DNA of 55,205 nt, counting the filler, from Mitosporidium daphniae (Eukaryota): assembly GCF_000760515.2 (NCBI RefSeq). It is 3 parts of 3 records of this genome, joined end to end, with 100 filler letters (N's around TTAATTAATTAA, not from the genome) between each part and the next. Parts side by side here need not be neighbours in the genome. Positions count along the whole stretch, not along the records: positions 1 to 18,479 come from NW_013546127.1; positions 18,580 to 37,041 come from NW_013546126.1; 1 more part is not named here. One strand, given 5' to 3'. Below, one piece after another: positions 12,401 to 21,720 of the stretch. Every line of letters begins with the position of its first letter. The first letter of the stretch is position 1. The notes beneath the pieces are model-generated. The model made no database searches, was not told the DNA's origin, and was given only the letters and a program-made list of their open reading frames with translations. The position numbers were made by a program, and so were the translations under genes.

Positions 12401-13751
12401 TAGTTTGTGGATCAAGATTTCCGTCTATTGAACAGGGGTGACTTTTGTCTATGGTAGTGATGGGGGAATTTTTTTCGGGAACTGCAATTTTAGGTGCCAT
12501 CTCAAAAGAGCTCAATGCTTTGTCAGATTCGAGAAGAGGAAAAGGAGATTGTTTTTTCATCACAAATGGATCATCCTCAAAAGAGGTACTTTCATCTGGA
12601 AAAGACTGCATTTCGGAGCTATCGTCTTGATGATTTTTGTTTGCAGATGAAAAAATACGGTCCTTCATTAAAGAAGTATCAATAGGTGTACTTTCAAGTG
12701 AGAAGGGAATGTGATCATCATAGCATATTTTCTCGGAAACTACAGATAAAGCTGGCTCTTTCTCAATCTCAACAACTTTTATATCCTCTGCCGGTTTCTG
12801 AACCTCAACAGCTTTCTTACCGTCGGCTGATTTCCCAATCTCAGCGCATTTCCCATCCTCGGAAACTTTTCCTTCACAGCTTAGCAAAGAAAGATCAGAA
12901 ATCAATTCACCTAAAGCGCTTTCACCAGCATTTAATTGATGATAAGCTGGAATTTTTGTATCATGTTTTGTAAGGTTATCATCATAGTCGCTTAGCAATT
13001 CATCAGCCTCTCCCTCGTCACCATTTCCAAAGGTTTTTTCATCAAAGATTACATCATCGCTATTACTACTTTTTGAACAAGGCCAGAGTTTTGGCATTTC
13101 TTCTAAAAATGAATCAGAATGTCTCTGCATAACAGCTCTTGTATCTTCAAGCAAGAAATCTTGATTGTATGGAGAATCGATTTTCAGATCATCGGGTGTC
13201 TGGGGATACCCATTAATAATTGGAATCGGAGAGCTACCAAGGATTGGAGAGTTTTCGTTGGGAAAGGCATGCGGTTGGACAGGAGGCTTGTTCACCGGGG
13301 TTAGAGCATCATCGATTGCTTGAGTTGAAGGGCAAGTGGGGTACTCTGAAATTTCGGCATTTTTCTCAGTGGAACTATTGATCGGGTTCATGTGGCGCTG
13401 GAGTTCTGGAACCATTCCATCTGATGATGTATGGGACAGCTCCAGCAAGCGCCGAAACGTATCTACTCTTTGTCTGGTTGCTAGCGAATGGAGAGGAGAA
13501 GATAAGGAATTTATGTCGCCTTTTACATTGGTACGATTTGGTGGCGCTGATGGTTGCGGCAAGTTTAAATAATCAATACTGGCGTATCTGCTGAAATCCA
13601 ATTCATCGCTATAGTTTGAATTTTTTGACTCGTCATTTGACAACACATCTTCGTCGATGCCCCAAGCTTCGGCTGCATCTTTTTGAAAATTTTCGGTTGC
13701 AGAGCCAGTTGACAAATTCCCTGAACAATTTGGTTCTCTGCTTGGAGCCAT
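9462..13751 (-). CDS. SEC16: Sec16-like COPII coat organiser (divergent)
   Basis: 1429-aa ORF with long acidic disordered N-terminus and central helical region. C-terminal RADLGSANQLVFDKELGQWIN and terminal KKYVDPF resemble Sec16 C-terminal motifs. Confidence 0.7.
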   Translation of the reverse strand: MAPSREPNCSGNLSTGSATENFQKDAAEAWGIDEDVLSNDESKNSNYSDELDFSRYASIDYLNLPQPSAPPNRTNVKGDINSLSSPLHSLATRQRVDTFRRLLELSHTSSDGMVPELQRHMNPINSSTEKNAEISEYPTCPSTQAIDDALTPVNKPPVQPHAFPNENSPILGSSPIPIINGYPQTPDDLKIDSPYNQDFLLEDTRAVMQRHSDSFLEEMPKLWPCSKSSNSDDVIFDEKTFGNGDEGEADELLSDYDDNLTKHDTKIPAYHQLNAGESALGELISDLSLLSCEGKVSEDGKCAEIGKSADGKKAVEVQKPAEDIKVVEIEKEPALSVVSEKICYDDHIPFSLESTPIDTSLMKDRIFSSANKNHQDDSSEMQSFPDESTSFEDDPFVMKKQSPFPLLESDKALSSFEMAPKIAVPEKNSPITTIDKSHPCSIDGNLDPQTNSSQNDAKLIPTDPNDHSSTGVPLDFLISESSNGDWLSRFLDGNQGVSDTPSNTPDVDASVVLEKEAGHGLSHGNAYPPQVGDQDPLSSVREQIFFDDSFKSIDTSSCDDVSSCEVASNGEDDYRLENDTLSYASDSGSESQGLIDVSRVHPCISFSWSQDGKAVGAVSFPYPQIRVVKDLSANVFFKAILYRAGSTHAFSRLCLKKDPNWEKNYFSTQGFLLCATHPDPSENELLCEEILLSDSEIQLTKLSDSLCFFMESQFKTDNTLFHFERRLFCAFLQSLLNLQKQPQEDTDSNRSKDSPLPPLIRHLADQLRNGIMQAIDCENGGSVTELETLNRLLLFEKQENGDSGEEPLVDDQIELLRYCLDRPVLLVLFGSSSSAARSSSFISQIGSLIKEQFPSLEVDDWIVDPGIGIEGDSKYHKSARAPFLELVFRAYLIYDQCNLGVQWLKRATLRDPGYLVQRWPYLLLHALQIRPPNGNPSLYLMLAKTFLEVKLAWASQLSFTLAIWAEESPPKNTIPIVLFHDSVINSNVSLHLQWLRSYAACVFLQAALSPFKITLKETLEKKRNIIASKWSEFTSKYTYRFGKEGVPTNPSCANEEAPYKRTATDHLPGASIIGPGVTPLVPAMDEKSLVQPIIPAMIPMTQPPRFPATNSFIPPPILENYRNGPPTCLDGLTLASNEGASVASELATENKFRIAPEPTAASEPLFGKDHMHLFGGEPKVAFEKMQVETSEGRQSPSAENGVSARPVEENESQSLDGEDPTFEITKNTFQSNSSLLESIKSFFSSTSLGERGGSRKVRADLGSANQLVFDKELGQWINPKHPRPEPKKIKPPPSAASVNLSQQHASHVANEPQQVEQKDITTPFTQSKLALKPQPERSSPLSLNASLTSSSTISAPVITNSSMQAPMDTIQTMPQDQGQYGMHSTIANFDVSSSELQTSMAITGSSVVRKAGSQRKKYVDPFNLTTPTT

Positions 13752-13985
13752 TAATGAGAAATAACAAAGATTCCCTTACAATTTAATGTCAAGTTTAAAT
13801 TGAAAGTGCAAATTGATGGAATGAACTGATATTTGTGCACTATTTTACAAACGTATTTTGGAAATTTATTTCTCATCGTAACAGTCCCACGCTCGTTGGA
13901 AGCAAGTGTTGCATTGTTTTGCGATGCTGCTGCACGTCTTTTTGGCGGCTCATTTTCACATCTCATTTACAACTGGCCTAGGGCT

Positions 13986-15944
13986 TCATATGCTAGAAAT
14001 TGTGAAATTTTCAATTTCGGACTCGACATTGATGGGCCAAGTTGATGGATAACAAACCATCGCCTTAAAAATAGGGGCAATCAAGTCAAATGCAGCCCGG
14101 TGTTCTCTGGGCAAAATCTTTTCTCTTACAAAAGATATGATAGAGCATTTTGATCTAACCTGTGCATGTGCCTTTCGTAGGTCGCAAACAGTATCGAACC
14201 GCTTACATATGTGATCAGAAAGCGGTTGTATCGATTCAATGCCAACAAATGGCACTTCTTTGCCTAACCCTAAAAATACATTCTTTATCAAAGCAGAGTT
14301 TTGTTGGAAATAGTTTCGGTTTTTCTCGAACAAACCCACCGCCTCCTTTAACGAATGCAAATAGCAGCCAACCGGCGCAATGGAAAGAAATTTGTGCAAA
14401 ACCTTTCCATGGCCCAGAGAAGTGAAAAAATTAACAAATAATCCTAAAAGAGGCCCATTTAAATCCTTTGCAGCAGCTAGCAACAGATAGGAGACGAATT
14501 CTATCCTATGACTTTCAGAAAATAATTGGTCCACTTGTGCAATATTTAACTTTGCAACCAATCTAAGGGTCAGCGGAATAAAGGATTGGTCAATATATAG
14601 GGTGTTAATGAACACAGATTTTGTAAACGGAAGTTTTTTGTACGCTTCGACAAATACATGGTACAGATCTAAGGTGAATTGCACAAACTTGAGGGTATCA
14701 CTACCACATTGCCCGAGGCCTTCGATGGATTGAAGAAACCTGTAGAGAACCCTGCAAATAGGCAATGAGCCAATCAGCGAAAGAGCTGCATCTGGGAAAA
14801 TTGAAAGCTCTCCAGCGTCGCAAAAAGAATTTTGGTCAATCACAGATTCCACAAGTAAGAAACTTGACCTTGGATCTGAATAAAAAGAAGAAGATCGCAA
14901 AAGGGCTTTCCATATGAAAAGATTTTTTGAAAACGCGTCTGGGAACAAGTCCTTCGACATCAAATAGGCTTTTAATAATTGCTTGAAATAATAGGGCTCG
15001 CTAGCCGTTCCACTGCCCAAGTTGCTAAAATAAGGCCAGGAGCGTTCATAGAGACGGAACATGGTTCCGCCAAGCAGATTTATAAAGGCCAGAGGCCGCC
15101 CCTCATCGAAGGTCGGCGAATCCCCCAAGTATTGCTTTTGAATTTCCATCGCAAAGGCCCCCTTTTTATTGTCAGGAATATGCTTAAAAATAGACTCTTC
15201 TAAATACGGGATATATGGATTGAGCTTGGATGAATCCGGCAGGTGTTCATTCAACAATTGGATTGTAAAATTGCAAGTGCTCTCAAGATCGAATTTGCAT
15301 GCAAAAACGGAATCAATAATGGTGTTCAATAGCAGCAGACCGCTCTTCTCCTTGAGGATGTTGACAAAGATCGATGAAAGTTCTGAATGGTCGCCAAAAA
15401 GAACCTTTGGGAGAGAGCGATGGGCGTCCCTCAAAGTAGAAGGAAGGAAATTGGACGAAGAGGCCAAATTAAACGAGAAAGAGACCGAAGAATGCGCTGT
15501 CGCAAGCTGGGGGAACTTTGAGCAGAACTTTTCTAAATGTGTTGAAAAAGCCTGTGTGTCTTTTTCAGCTAACATCACTGTTGAATCAAAGCGAGCTGAC
15601 AGGTATTTAGAAAGAAGAGAACCAACTCGTTTGGAATGGACTGTGGCTAAGATTTCTACCGGAATTGCACAGTGGATCCTATGATCTGCGTAGCCAGGAT
15701 TCTTTTCAAAGTACTGCAAGAATCCCAAGAAATCGTCCACTTCGCCATGTTCATCCCCAAAAATACTGAGATAAGCAAGACGACGAATGAAAAAATCGAC
15801 CGATCCCACGGTGCGCCTGGTTTTGTGCTCAATAAATTGCTCAATCAGCGCGGTAGATATAGAGCTGTGAAATGATGCCAATGCAATTGAAGAATAGCTG
15901 TGACACCAAGGGGTATGTCTAGAGGATACAATTAGCCTCATCAT
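13986..15944 (-). CDS. Hypothetical helical protein, possibly mitochondrially targeted
   Basis: 652-aa intronless ORF with R/S/H-rich N-terminus lacking acidic residues. No motif recognised. Confidence 0.65.
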   Translation of the reverse strand: MMRLIVSSRHTPWCHSYSSIALASFHSSISTALIEQFIEHKTRRTVGSVDFFIRRLAYLSIFGDEHGEVDDFLGFLQYFEKNPGYADHRIHCAIPVEILATVHSKRVGSLLSKYLSARFDSTVMLAEKDTQAFSTHLEKFCSKFPQLATAHSSVSFSFNLASSSNFLPSTLRDAHRSLPKVLFGDHSELSSIFVNILKEKSGLLLLNTIIDSVFACKFDLESTCNFTIQLLNEHLPDSSKLNPYIPYLEESIFKHIPDNKKGAFAMEIQKQYLGDSPTFDEGRPLAFINLLGGTMFRLYERSWPYFSNLGSGTASEPYYFKQLLKAYLMSKDLFPDAFSKNLFIWKALLRSSSFYSDPRSSFLLVESVIDQNSFCDAGELSIFPDAALSLIGSLPICRVLYRFLQSIEGLGQCGSDTLKFVQFTLDLYHVFVEAYKKLPFTKSVFINTLYIDQSFIPLTLRLVAKLNIAQVDQLFSESHRIEFVSYLLLAAAKDLNGPLLGLFVNFFTSLGHGKVLHKFLSIAPVGCYLHSLKEAVGLFEKNRNYFQQNSALIKNVFLGLGKEVPFVGIESIQPLSDHICKRFDTVCDLRKAHAQVRSKCSIISFVREKILPREHRAAFDLIAPIFKAMVCYPSTWPINVESEIENFTISSI

Positions 15945-15956
15945 GATGAGACTGGG

Positions 15957-17494
15957 ATGGTCCCTAATTTTTTTAATTTTAAGCGATGGATGAATGGTTT
16001 TGTCTCCGATGTGCCTTTACCAACTATGCAAGCCGTCCCTCTTGCCTTCACTGTACGCTTTTCCGAAATCGTTTGGCTAGCAACTTTATCATTAGAATCT
16101 GAGGGACCCCCTCATATCGACACGCAAGCTATCGTGAACACTGGCGAGTTTGATCAAATCTTTTCAAAAAGGAGTCCAACTGGATTTCTCCTGCTCAGAG
16201 GTCTTGATCCATTTACGGAAGAAAACTCGATTTATTCTGCATGTAAATTTGTAAATGTCGCTCCAAAGCGTGTTTTCCTTGCGCGCGACAAGATGACACG
16301 CGTATCGATGGGATTTGCCTTTGTGGAGTATCCCAATCTGGATGTATGCTTGCCACTTTAAATGTAGATTTTCTCGTCCGTTTTTGCATACCTTTTGTCG
16401 GAAAACATTGAATTTTCAATTTCTGGCCGCCCCCTTGCCGTAACCATGGGAAGGAATCTCTATGCCCCGTATACTGACCCACGTGCTAATAGTGTTAGGA
16501 AGTCGACCAAAATAGCTTATTGGGATACAGAGTGTGTCCTTAGTGAATTTCCAGAAGAAGGAACCAGCGATCTCTCCGACTTTTACCTCTTTATGTCATC
16601 AAGCAATGAAAACGCAATTTCAGAAAAGATCGACGACAAGTTTCCGATGCAAGGCGATGCCACAGATGATCTTAGAAGATCCCCAGTTCTGACCGTTTCG
16701 GATCCGAAAATTAGCTCTATGCCTCTGCTATCTGGTCTTATCTCGGCAGATTTTAATGGCAAAACCGAGGTCTTTGGTGCTGAGGTTTGTTCATACGCTA
16801 CCACCGCGAATGTCGATATTGTTGACGGCAATTCTCCAAATAGATCTTTAAATGGGGGTACCGAGCTTCAAAATACATTCTCTGGCGAACGGCAAGCTTC
16901 TTGTACCAAATCCATCGAAAAAAAGAAAAAGAGAGCAAAAAAAGAACCTGTCTCGCCAACGATTCGCCCTGACCCCTCGTGCTTTATGTTGACCCGAGAC
17001 GGGTATTATTACGACTATAGAACGGCATACTACTACCAATTTGATCGGAATTGCAACATGTATTTCCCAATATCGGCACCGTCAATTCTCTCAAAGGGGA
17101 AAGAATCTGTCTCGTCGCAACCAGAGGGATCCATATTTGCTTGTTTGCTTTGTAAAAAATCGTTCTCCTCACAACGGCAACTGGACATTCACAAGGACAA
17201 GTCAGAAATACACAAGGTTACTCGTCCATTTTCACCTTTAGAACAATGCGCTACTTTATACCGAAACAGAGAAGGACAAAAAAGTTGCTGCAAGCCCGAG
17301 CTTATCTTCTGGAATTGGGTCTATCCTAATGAAAAGCATGGGGTGGAAGGAGGGCGAGGGCTTGGGTCCCAGTGGCAGTGGAATAACAGAGGTACTTTTT
17401 TTTCTCATTGAAATAGCCTGTCGAGGCAAGGAGGCATTCTGGAAGGAAAGGCATAGGCTCCAACATCCATAAAAGATCTATCGCAAAGGGCTAG
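15957..17494 (+). CDS. RBM5/RBM10-like splicing factor (RRM, OCRE-like, C2H2, G-patch)
   Basis: RRM (LLLRGL...SMGFAFVEY), Tyr-rich GYYYDYRTAYYY, C2H2 CLLCKKSFSSQRQLDIH..SEIH, G-patch GIGSILMKSMGWKEGEGLG..GSGITEPV..GIG. Introns 16344-16367, 17217-17241, 17392-17416. Confidence 0.85.
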
Positions 17495-17700
17495 CAACAC
17501 TATGCTTTTGGATGTCACCACCTTCTGTTAAACCGATTGAAGTAAATTTCCGCAGGATCAGCCTTAGTCCTTTCCAGCACTTGGCAGCTTGAAAATTTCA
17601 ATTTGAGATCTGCAATTTCAGTTGACTTCAGTTTGACTTTGCTATTGACAGCAATTGATGCCAATTTATCAGCTTTCAAAGCTAATCCAAAATCGAAACG

Positions 17701-17708
17701 TATAAATA
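17701..17708 (+). promoter_or_regulatory. TATA box upstream of the DJ-1 family gene
   Basis: TATAAATA 34 bp before ATG 17735, with a CCAAT at ~17661. Confidence 0.55.
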
Positions 17709-17734
17709 GGATCTCGTTTCTCGAACCTCACAAC

Positions 17735-18479
17735 ATGTCTCAACATTCGAAATCTCTTTTGGTCATTCTCACAAACTCCAGCAAGCTTTCCCATGAAAGC
17801 GAACCATCCCCTACTTCCCATGTAACTGGATTTGATATCAAGGAGGTCGCCTATATCTACATGAAGCTTACAAAGAACTTTAAGGCTCCCATTACTTTTG
17901 CCACCCCTCGCGGAGGAGAGGCCCCTATTGATCCCAGCTCAAGAAAGGAAGGTGAAAAGGATGAAATCGTCCGCGAATTCCTTCGTGACAGCTCCCTTCA
18001 AAGCATGTTCCGCTCGACCACTTCCCTCGATGAGATTCGTCCTGAAGATTACTTCTGGGTTCTTATTCCTGGAAAGCATGGTGCCATGATGGATCTCTCT
18101 GAGAATTCCACTCTTCGCCGTATTCTCAGCACCATCTATAATGACAACCAGGGATACATTGCGACGATTGGACATGGTGTCTCTGCCCTCCTTTGTTGCC
18201 AGACTGGAGAGGGATCTTCCAAATTCGGCCCTAACTTTTTAAAGAACCGTTCGCTTACGGGCCCCACCAACGAAGAAGAGTCCATGCTGAAGATGGATAA
18301 GCTAGTCCCCTATCTTATTGAAGATCGTCTCCGTGAATGTGGTGCCAAGTTTGAGAAAGAGTCCCCCTTCAAGCCATTCGTTGTCGTAGACGAGCGTCTT
18401 GTCACCGGCCAGAATTGTAACAGCGTCAATCAGTGGATTGAACACATAATTGATCTGTGCCCCAGCCACAGAAAACAAT
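17735..18479 (+). CDS. DJ-1/PfpI (class I GATase-like) protein, Hsp31/GATD1-like, nucleophile Cys absent
   Basis: LLVILTN, GFDIKE, FATPRGGEAPIDPSS, IPGKHGAMMDL, ATIGHGVSAL, VVVDERLVTGQN. Ends ...HRKQ-T at the gap, so the stop codon probably begins at 18479. Confidence 0.9.
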
Positions 18480-18579
18480 NNNNNNNNNNNNNNNNNNNNN
18501 NNNNNNNNNNNNNNNNNNNNNNNTTAATTAATTAANNNNNNNNNNNNNNNNNNNNNNNNNNNNNNNNNNNNNNNNNNNN
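18480..18579. other. Artificial contig-join spacer
   Basis: 44 N + TTAATTAATTAA (stops in all six frames) + 44 N. Confidence 0.98.
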
Positions 18580-19097
18580 TGGTCTGTCATTAGTTCTTCT
18601 TGGACATTGGCAGACCTGATGGGGAGGAATACAGAGAAAATGTATTCAATTGTCTTGATTGTCTCTGTCAAAGTTGGACCGCTCGTCTTGAGAAACACTC
18701 GACTTTCAATGATAAATGACTGCAGCACATGAGATCCGATTTTATCCTTCGCAAGCGATAGAATATCAGCCTCAACAAAATAAGATCTTAATAGAGAGCC
18801 AAACTTGGGAACAAATGACCGGGAAATAGACAGCATGTTTTCAAGTTGTCTGGAGCCTTCGTAGTGTCCACAGATACCGACAAGATGCTTGGCATAGGAT
18901 GTGTTTAATTCTTCGAAAACCCTATCCGTAATGATGGAAACCTCCTGTTGAGAAGAGCTTTTCAGCTCGCCATTTAGCTGAAGCAAATAAGCGATAATTT
19001 CTGCGGGAACATTCGACACCTTATCGGCGATTGTGGACGAAGCCGACTTGACCGCACCCTGAAGGACCCGAGTGGAGGAAAAAGTTGGGTCAAACAT
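18580..19097 (-). CDS. NOP9: Nop9-like Pumilio-repeat nucleolar protein (truncated by gap)
   Basis: YEGSRQLENML and LAKDKIGSHVLQSF are Puf-repeat-like motifs as in the Nop9 N-terminus. Confidence 0.65.
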
Positions 19098-19137
19098 AAA
19101 ATTTTTAAAAATTTAATTTTTAAATGTGCTCTTTGCC

Positions 19138-20498
19138 TTAAAATATACCACCTGCAGCAATGGTATCCTTTAGAAAGATGTTGATTTCAAATTCATGTAG
19201 CTCCGTTTCAGTACCTAGGTGTTGGAGCGATTGTTAATATTACCCACATAGGCCACGGAGGTGTCTGGAGAAAATGCTATCCCCGTAATGACCTTGTCCT
19301 CTTGAGAACTGTTGCTGTTATTGTTGATGGAAATGGACTGTAAAGCATCAAATGTGCGAGCATCGGCTATATTTACACAATTTACATGCTGAAAATAAGA
19401 ACATATCAAACCTCAGAATATAACAAAAGATCCACGGTTTCTAGGGATGTAAAGTGAACCCTTCTACATGCCCCCCTTTCCTTGTCCTTGATGAAGATAA
19501 AAGCCGGCGAATTTGTACCTGAGTGGTTGGAAGTCGAGCCAAAATTTTGTCCAAGTTTCTGATATCCCAAACACATGCGTAGCCGTCTTGACAGGCAATG
19601 GCAAACTTATCAGACGCCGCATTCCAGGAGCAAGAAAAAGCTGCATCGGTGGCTGCATTTCGTTAAAGGGTTCATCATTCTTACTTGTAAATGCTTGTAT
19701 CTTTTTGTATTCCCCATACCGAGAAGTATCAAATAGATATCCCTTGGGCGAGTCTCCAACGGCCACCATTTTCTTTTTGTCTGGACTGATTTCGGCTGAA
19801 CATTTAGCAAAAGCAGGTGCGTACTAAAGTTAATCGCCATTGGCATTGAAAACGAAGTGTATTCCTGAAGCGTGGGCAGCGTTATCACCCTGATTTTCTC
19901 GTCATTGCTAGAAATAATCAGCCTCGACATGCCAGCATGGCTGTGAACATTAATTGCATTGACGATGGATGTTCCAAACTGCGTGAAAAAATATCTAATC
20001 GTAACGATGCGTAAAACAGACCCACTGCTGGGCAAGTGCCGAACCACCACTTGGCCCTGTTGTCCTCCCACGGCCAGGTATTCACCTCTGAGAGATCAAA
20101 TAGCATGCCTTACTTTGCACATATGCAGGTTGGCGAAAACATGAGATCCCGGATTGGCCAGCTTATAGAGGAAGAAAATCTGTCAGTGTCATTGGGCATG
20201 TCAGGTATCAGCTTTCCGGGAAATTCGTTGCACACAGATTCGGTTGGGTGCTGATGTGCGCTGTTGATATTGTATATTTTGACGCCCGTATTTACGGCCA
20301 TAAACACTTCGCCCCTTACATTGGGGCAAGCAATCATATCTCTTAACTGCCAATGCTGTATCGTAGATGGCTGAGGATACGTACGATGAGTCGACAGCTT
20401 CAGAAATTCGGGATACTCATTAATTAACCCCTGCAAACTAAAATGCAGAAAAGTACGCTGTACAAATACCTGGATATGCTCTTGACGCTATCGAGCAT
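19138..20498 (-). CDS. WD40-repeat protein (DUF2415-type), ~9 exons
   Basis: TIQHWQLRDMI, YLAVGGQQG, IISSNDEKIR, ISPDKKKMVAVGD, AAFSCSWN, ITGIAFSPD. Chain of 23-32 nt GT-AG introns; ATG 20498, stop 19138-19140. Confidence 0.8.
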
Positions 20499-20542
20499 AT
20501 TTGAATTCCAAAATAATTGCAGAAGAAACCAAACACGAAACC

Positions 20543-20554
20543 GATTGGCCAATC
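20543..20554. promoter_or_regulatory. Palindromic double CCAAT box
   Basis: GATTGGCCAATC in the 78-bp gap upstream of the WD40 gene ATG. Confidence 0.5.
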
Positions 20555-20576
20555 AGTAGAGGGGAGCAACAGGAGT

Positions 20577-21155
20577 TTACTTTTTCTTGAGCAATGACAG
20601 AAGCCGATAAACCTCATCTTTATCTCTAAGCGCTACAGGCGTACCGGCTAGCTTGAAAACACGTTGCTTGTAATTCATGGTATAAAGCTGCATTGAATCG
20701 ATTTCTATCCGTTTAAAGTAGCCGGAATGAAGCAATGATCTTTTGGTCCCAATGTCGAATTTATCGCCCACCATTTCCGAATCATCGTCCGCCAGATTGT
20801 CTGCAGGGATAACAGGAAACGACCAAGTAAGATGCTTTTTAATGGGAATCGGAGGCAAGCTGTGAAGCAAATTTATTTCCGATCTACCCGCTGTTGGGTG
20901 CGAACAAAATGACAAAGCATAGATGCTAGATATTGTTTCGCCTGAGAGAACCAATAAATCCACAATGTTGTCCAAAAAATAGCATTCAATAATGACAGGA
21001 CAATAGCTATCCAAGTCTTCGACAAGCACTTTACATTGCAAGTCAATAAGATGGTTCATATCTATCTTCCGCTGTGCCTGGGTTACACTTGAAGGCAGAT
21101 ATCTTTGATGCACAACAAATTCCAAGATTTTCAATATCCTTCCTCGAAGGTGCAT
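20577..21155 (-). CDS. Hypothetical protein (5' exons probably extend to ~21300)
   Basis: 192-aa ORF with candidate splice sites upstream; no family recognised. Confidence 0.55.
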   Translation of the reverse strand: MHLRGRILKILEFVVHQRYLPSSVTQAQRKIDMNHLIDLQCKVLVEDLDSYCPVIIECYFLDNIVDLLVLSGETISSIYALSFCSHPTAGRSEINLLHSLPPIPIKKHLTWSFPVIPADNLADDDSEMVGDKFDIGTKRSLLHSGYFKRIEIDSMQLYTMNYKQRVFKLAGTPVALRDKDEVYRLLSLLKKK

Positions 21156-21720
21156 TTGAAAACAAAAACAAACCTCAGCTCACGTTTGGAAAGTACTTTT
21201 AGACAGTACAGGGCCCTTGATTTGAGCCTGTAAAAATACAAAATTTTATTCCTTCAAGTTGTCATCGGTATGCCGTATTGATATATGTGCTCTTTTCATT
21301 AAAATCACGCCGTTTTACACCACTTGAAATGTACATTTGTATTGCTAGGGCCAAAAAGCCGTCTGTTATGTTCTACGCTTCTCGCTGAATGAAGTTGCTG
21401 ATAGGTTAGCGCATTGAGACCCGCCGCTCCGTACAACGACATACAAATTCAAATTGATGAAAAAACTAGAAAATGAGGAGAGCTATAAGAATTCTGGCTT
21501 GCGTGATCAAAAATTGGCCCTTTTGCCGCCGTAATTTGTCGGAATCCCAAGCAATCCATCGTGTTCGCCTTGCAATTTGGGGCTAATTTATAAACTTTCC
21601 CAATTTGGGGCTAACGAAATGTATACCATACGCTGCTTGGATTGGATTGAAAACCCAATCGTTGATTGATCTTTAGATTTACACTTGTTAATACAAGCCC
21701 CTTGAGAAATTTAGACATCC

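Noticed and set aside
17603..17734. N-terminal extension of the DJ-1 ORF from a TTG start
   Set aside because: The region contains the TATA box, and family similarity begins at ATG 17735.
18480..18579. TTAATTAATTAA palindrome (also at 37086-37097) as a biological site
   Set aside because: It is a six-frame-stop linker inside N padding. Gene adjacency across these joins is not evidence of synteny.
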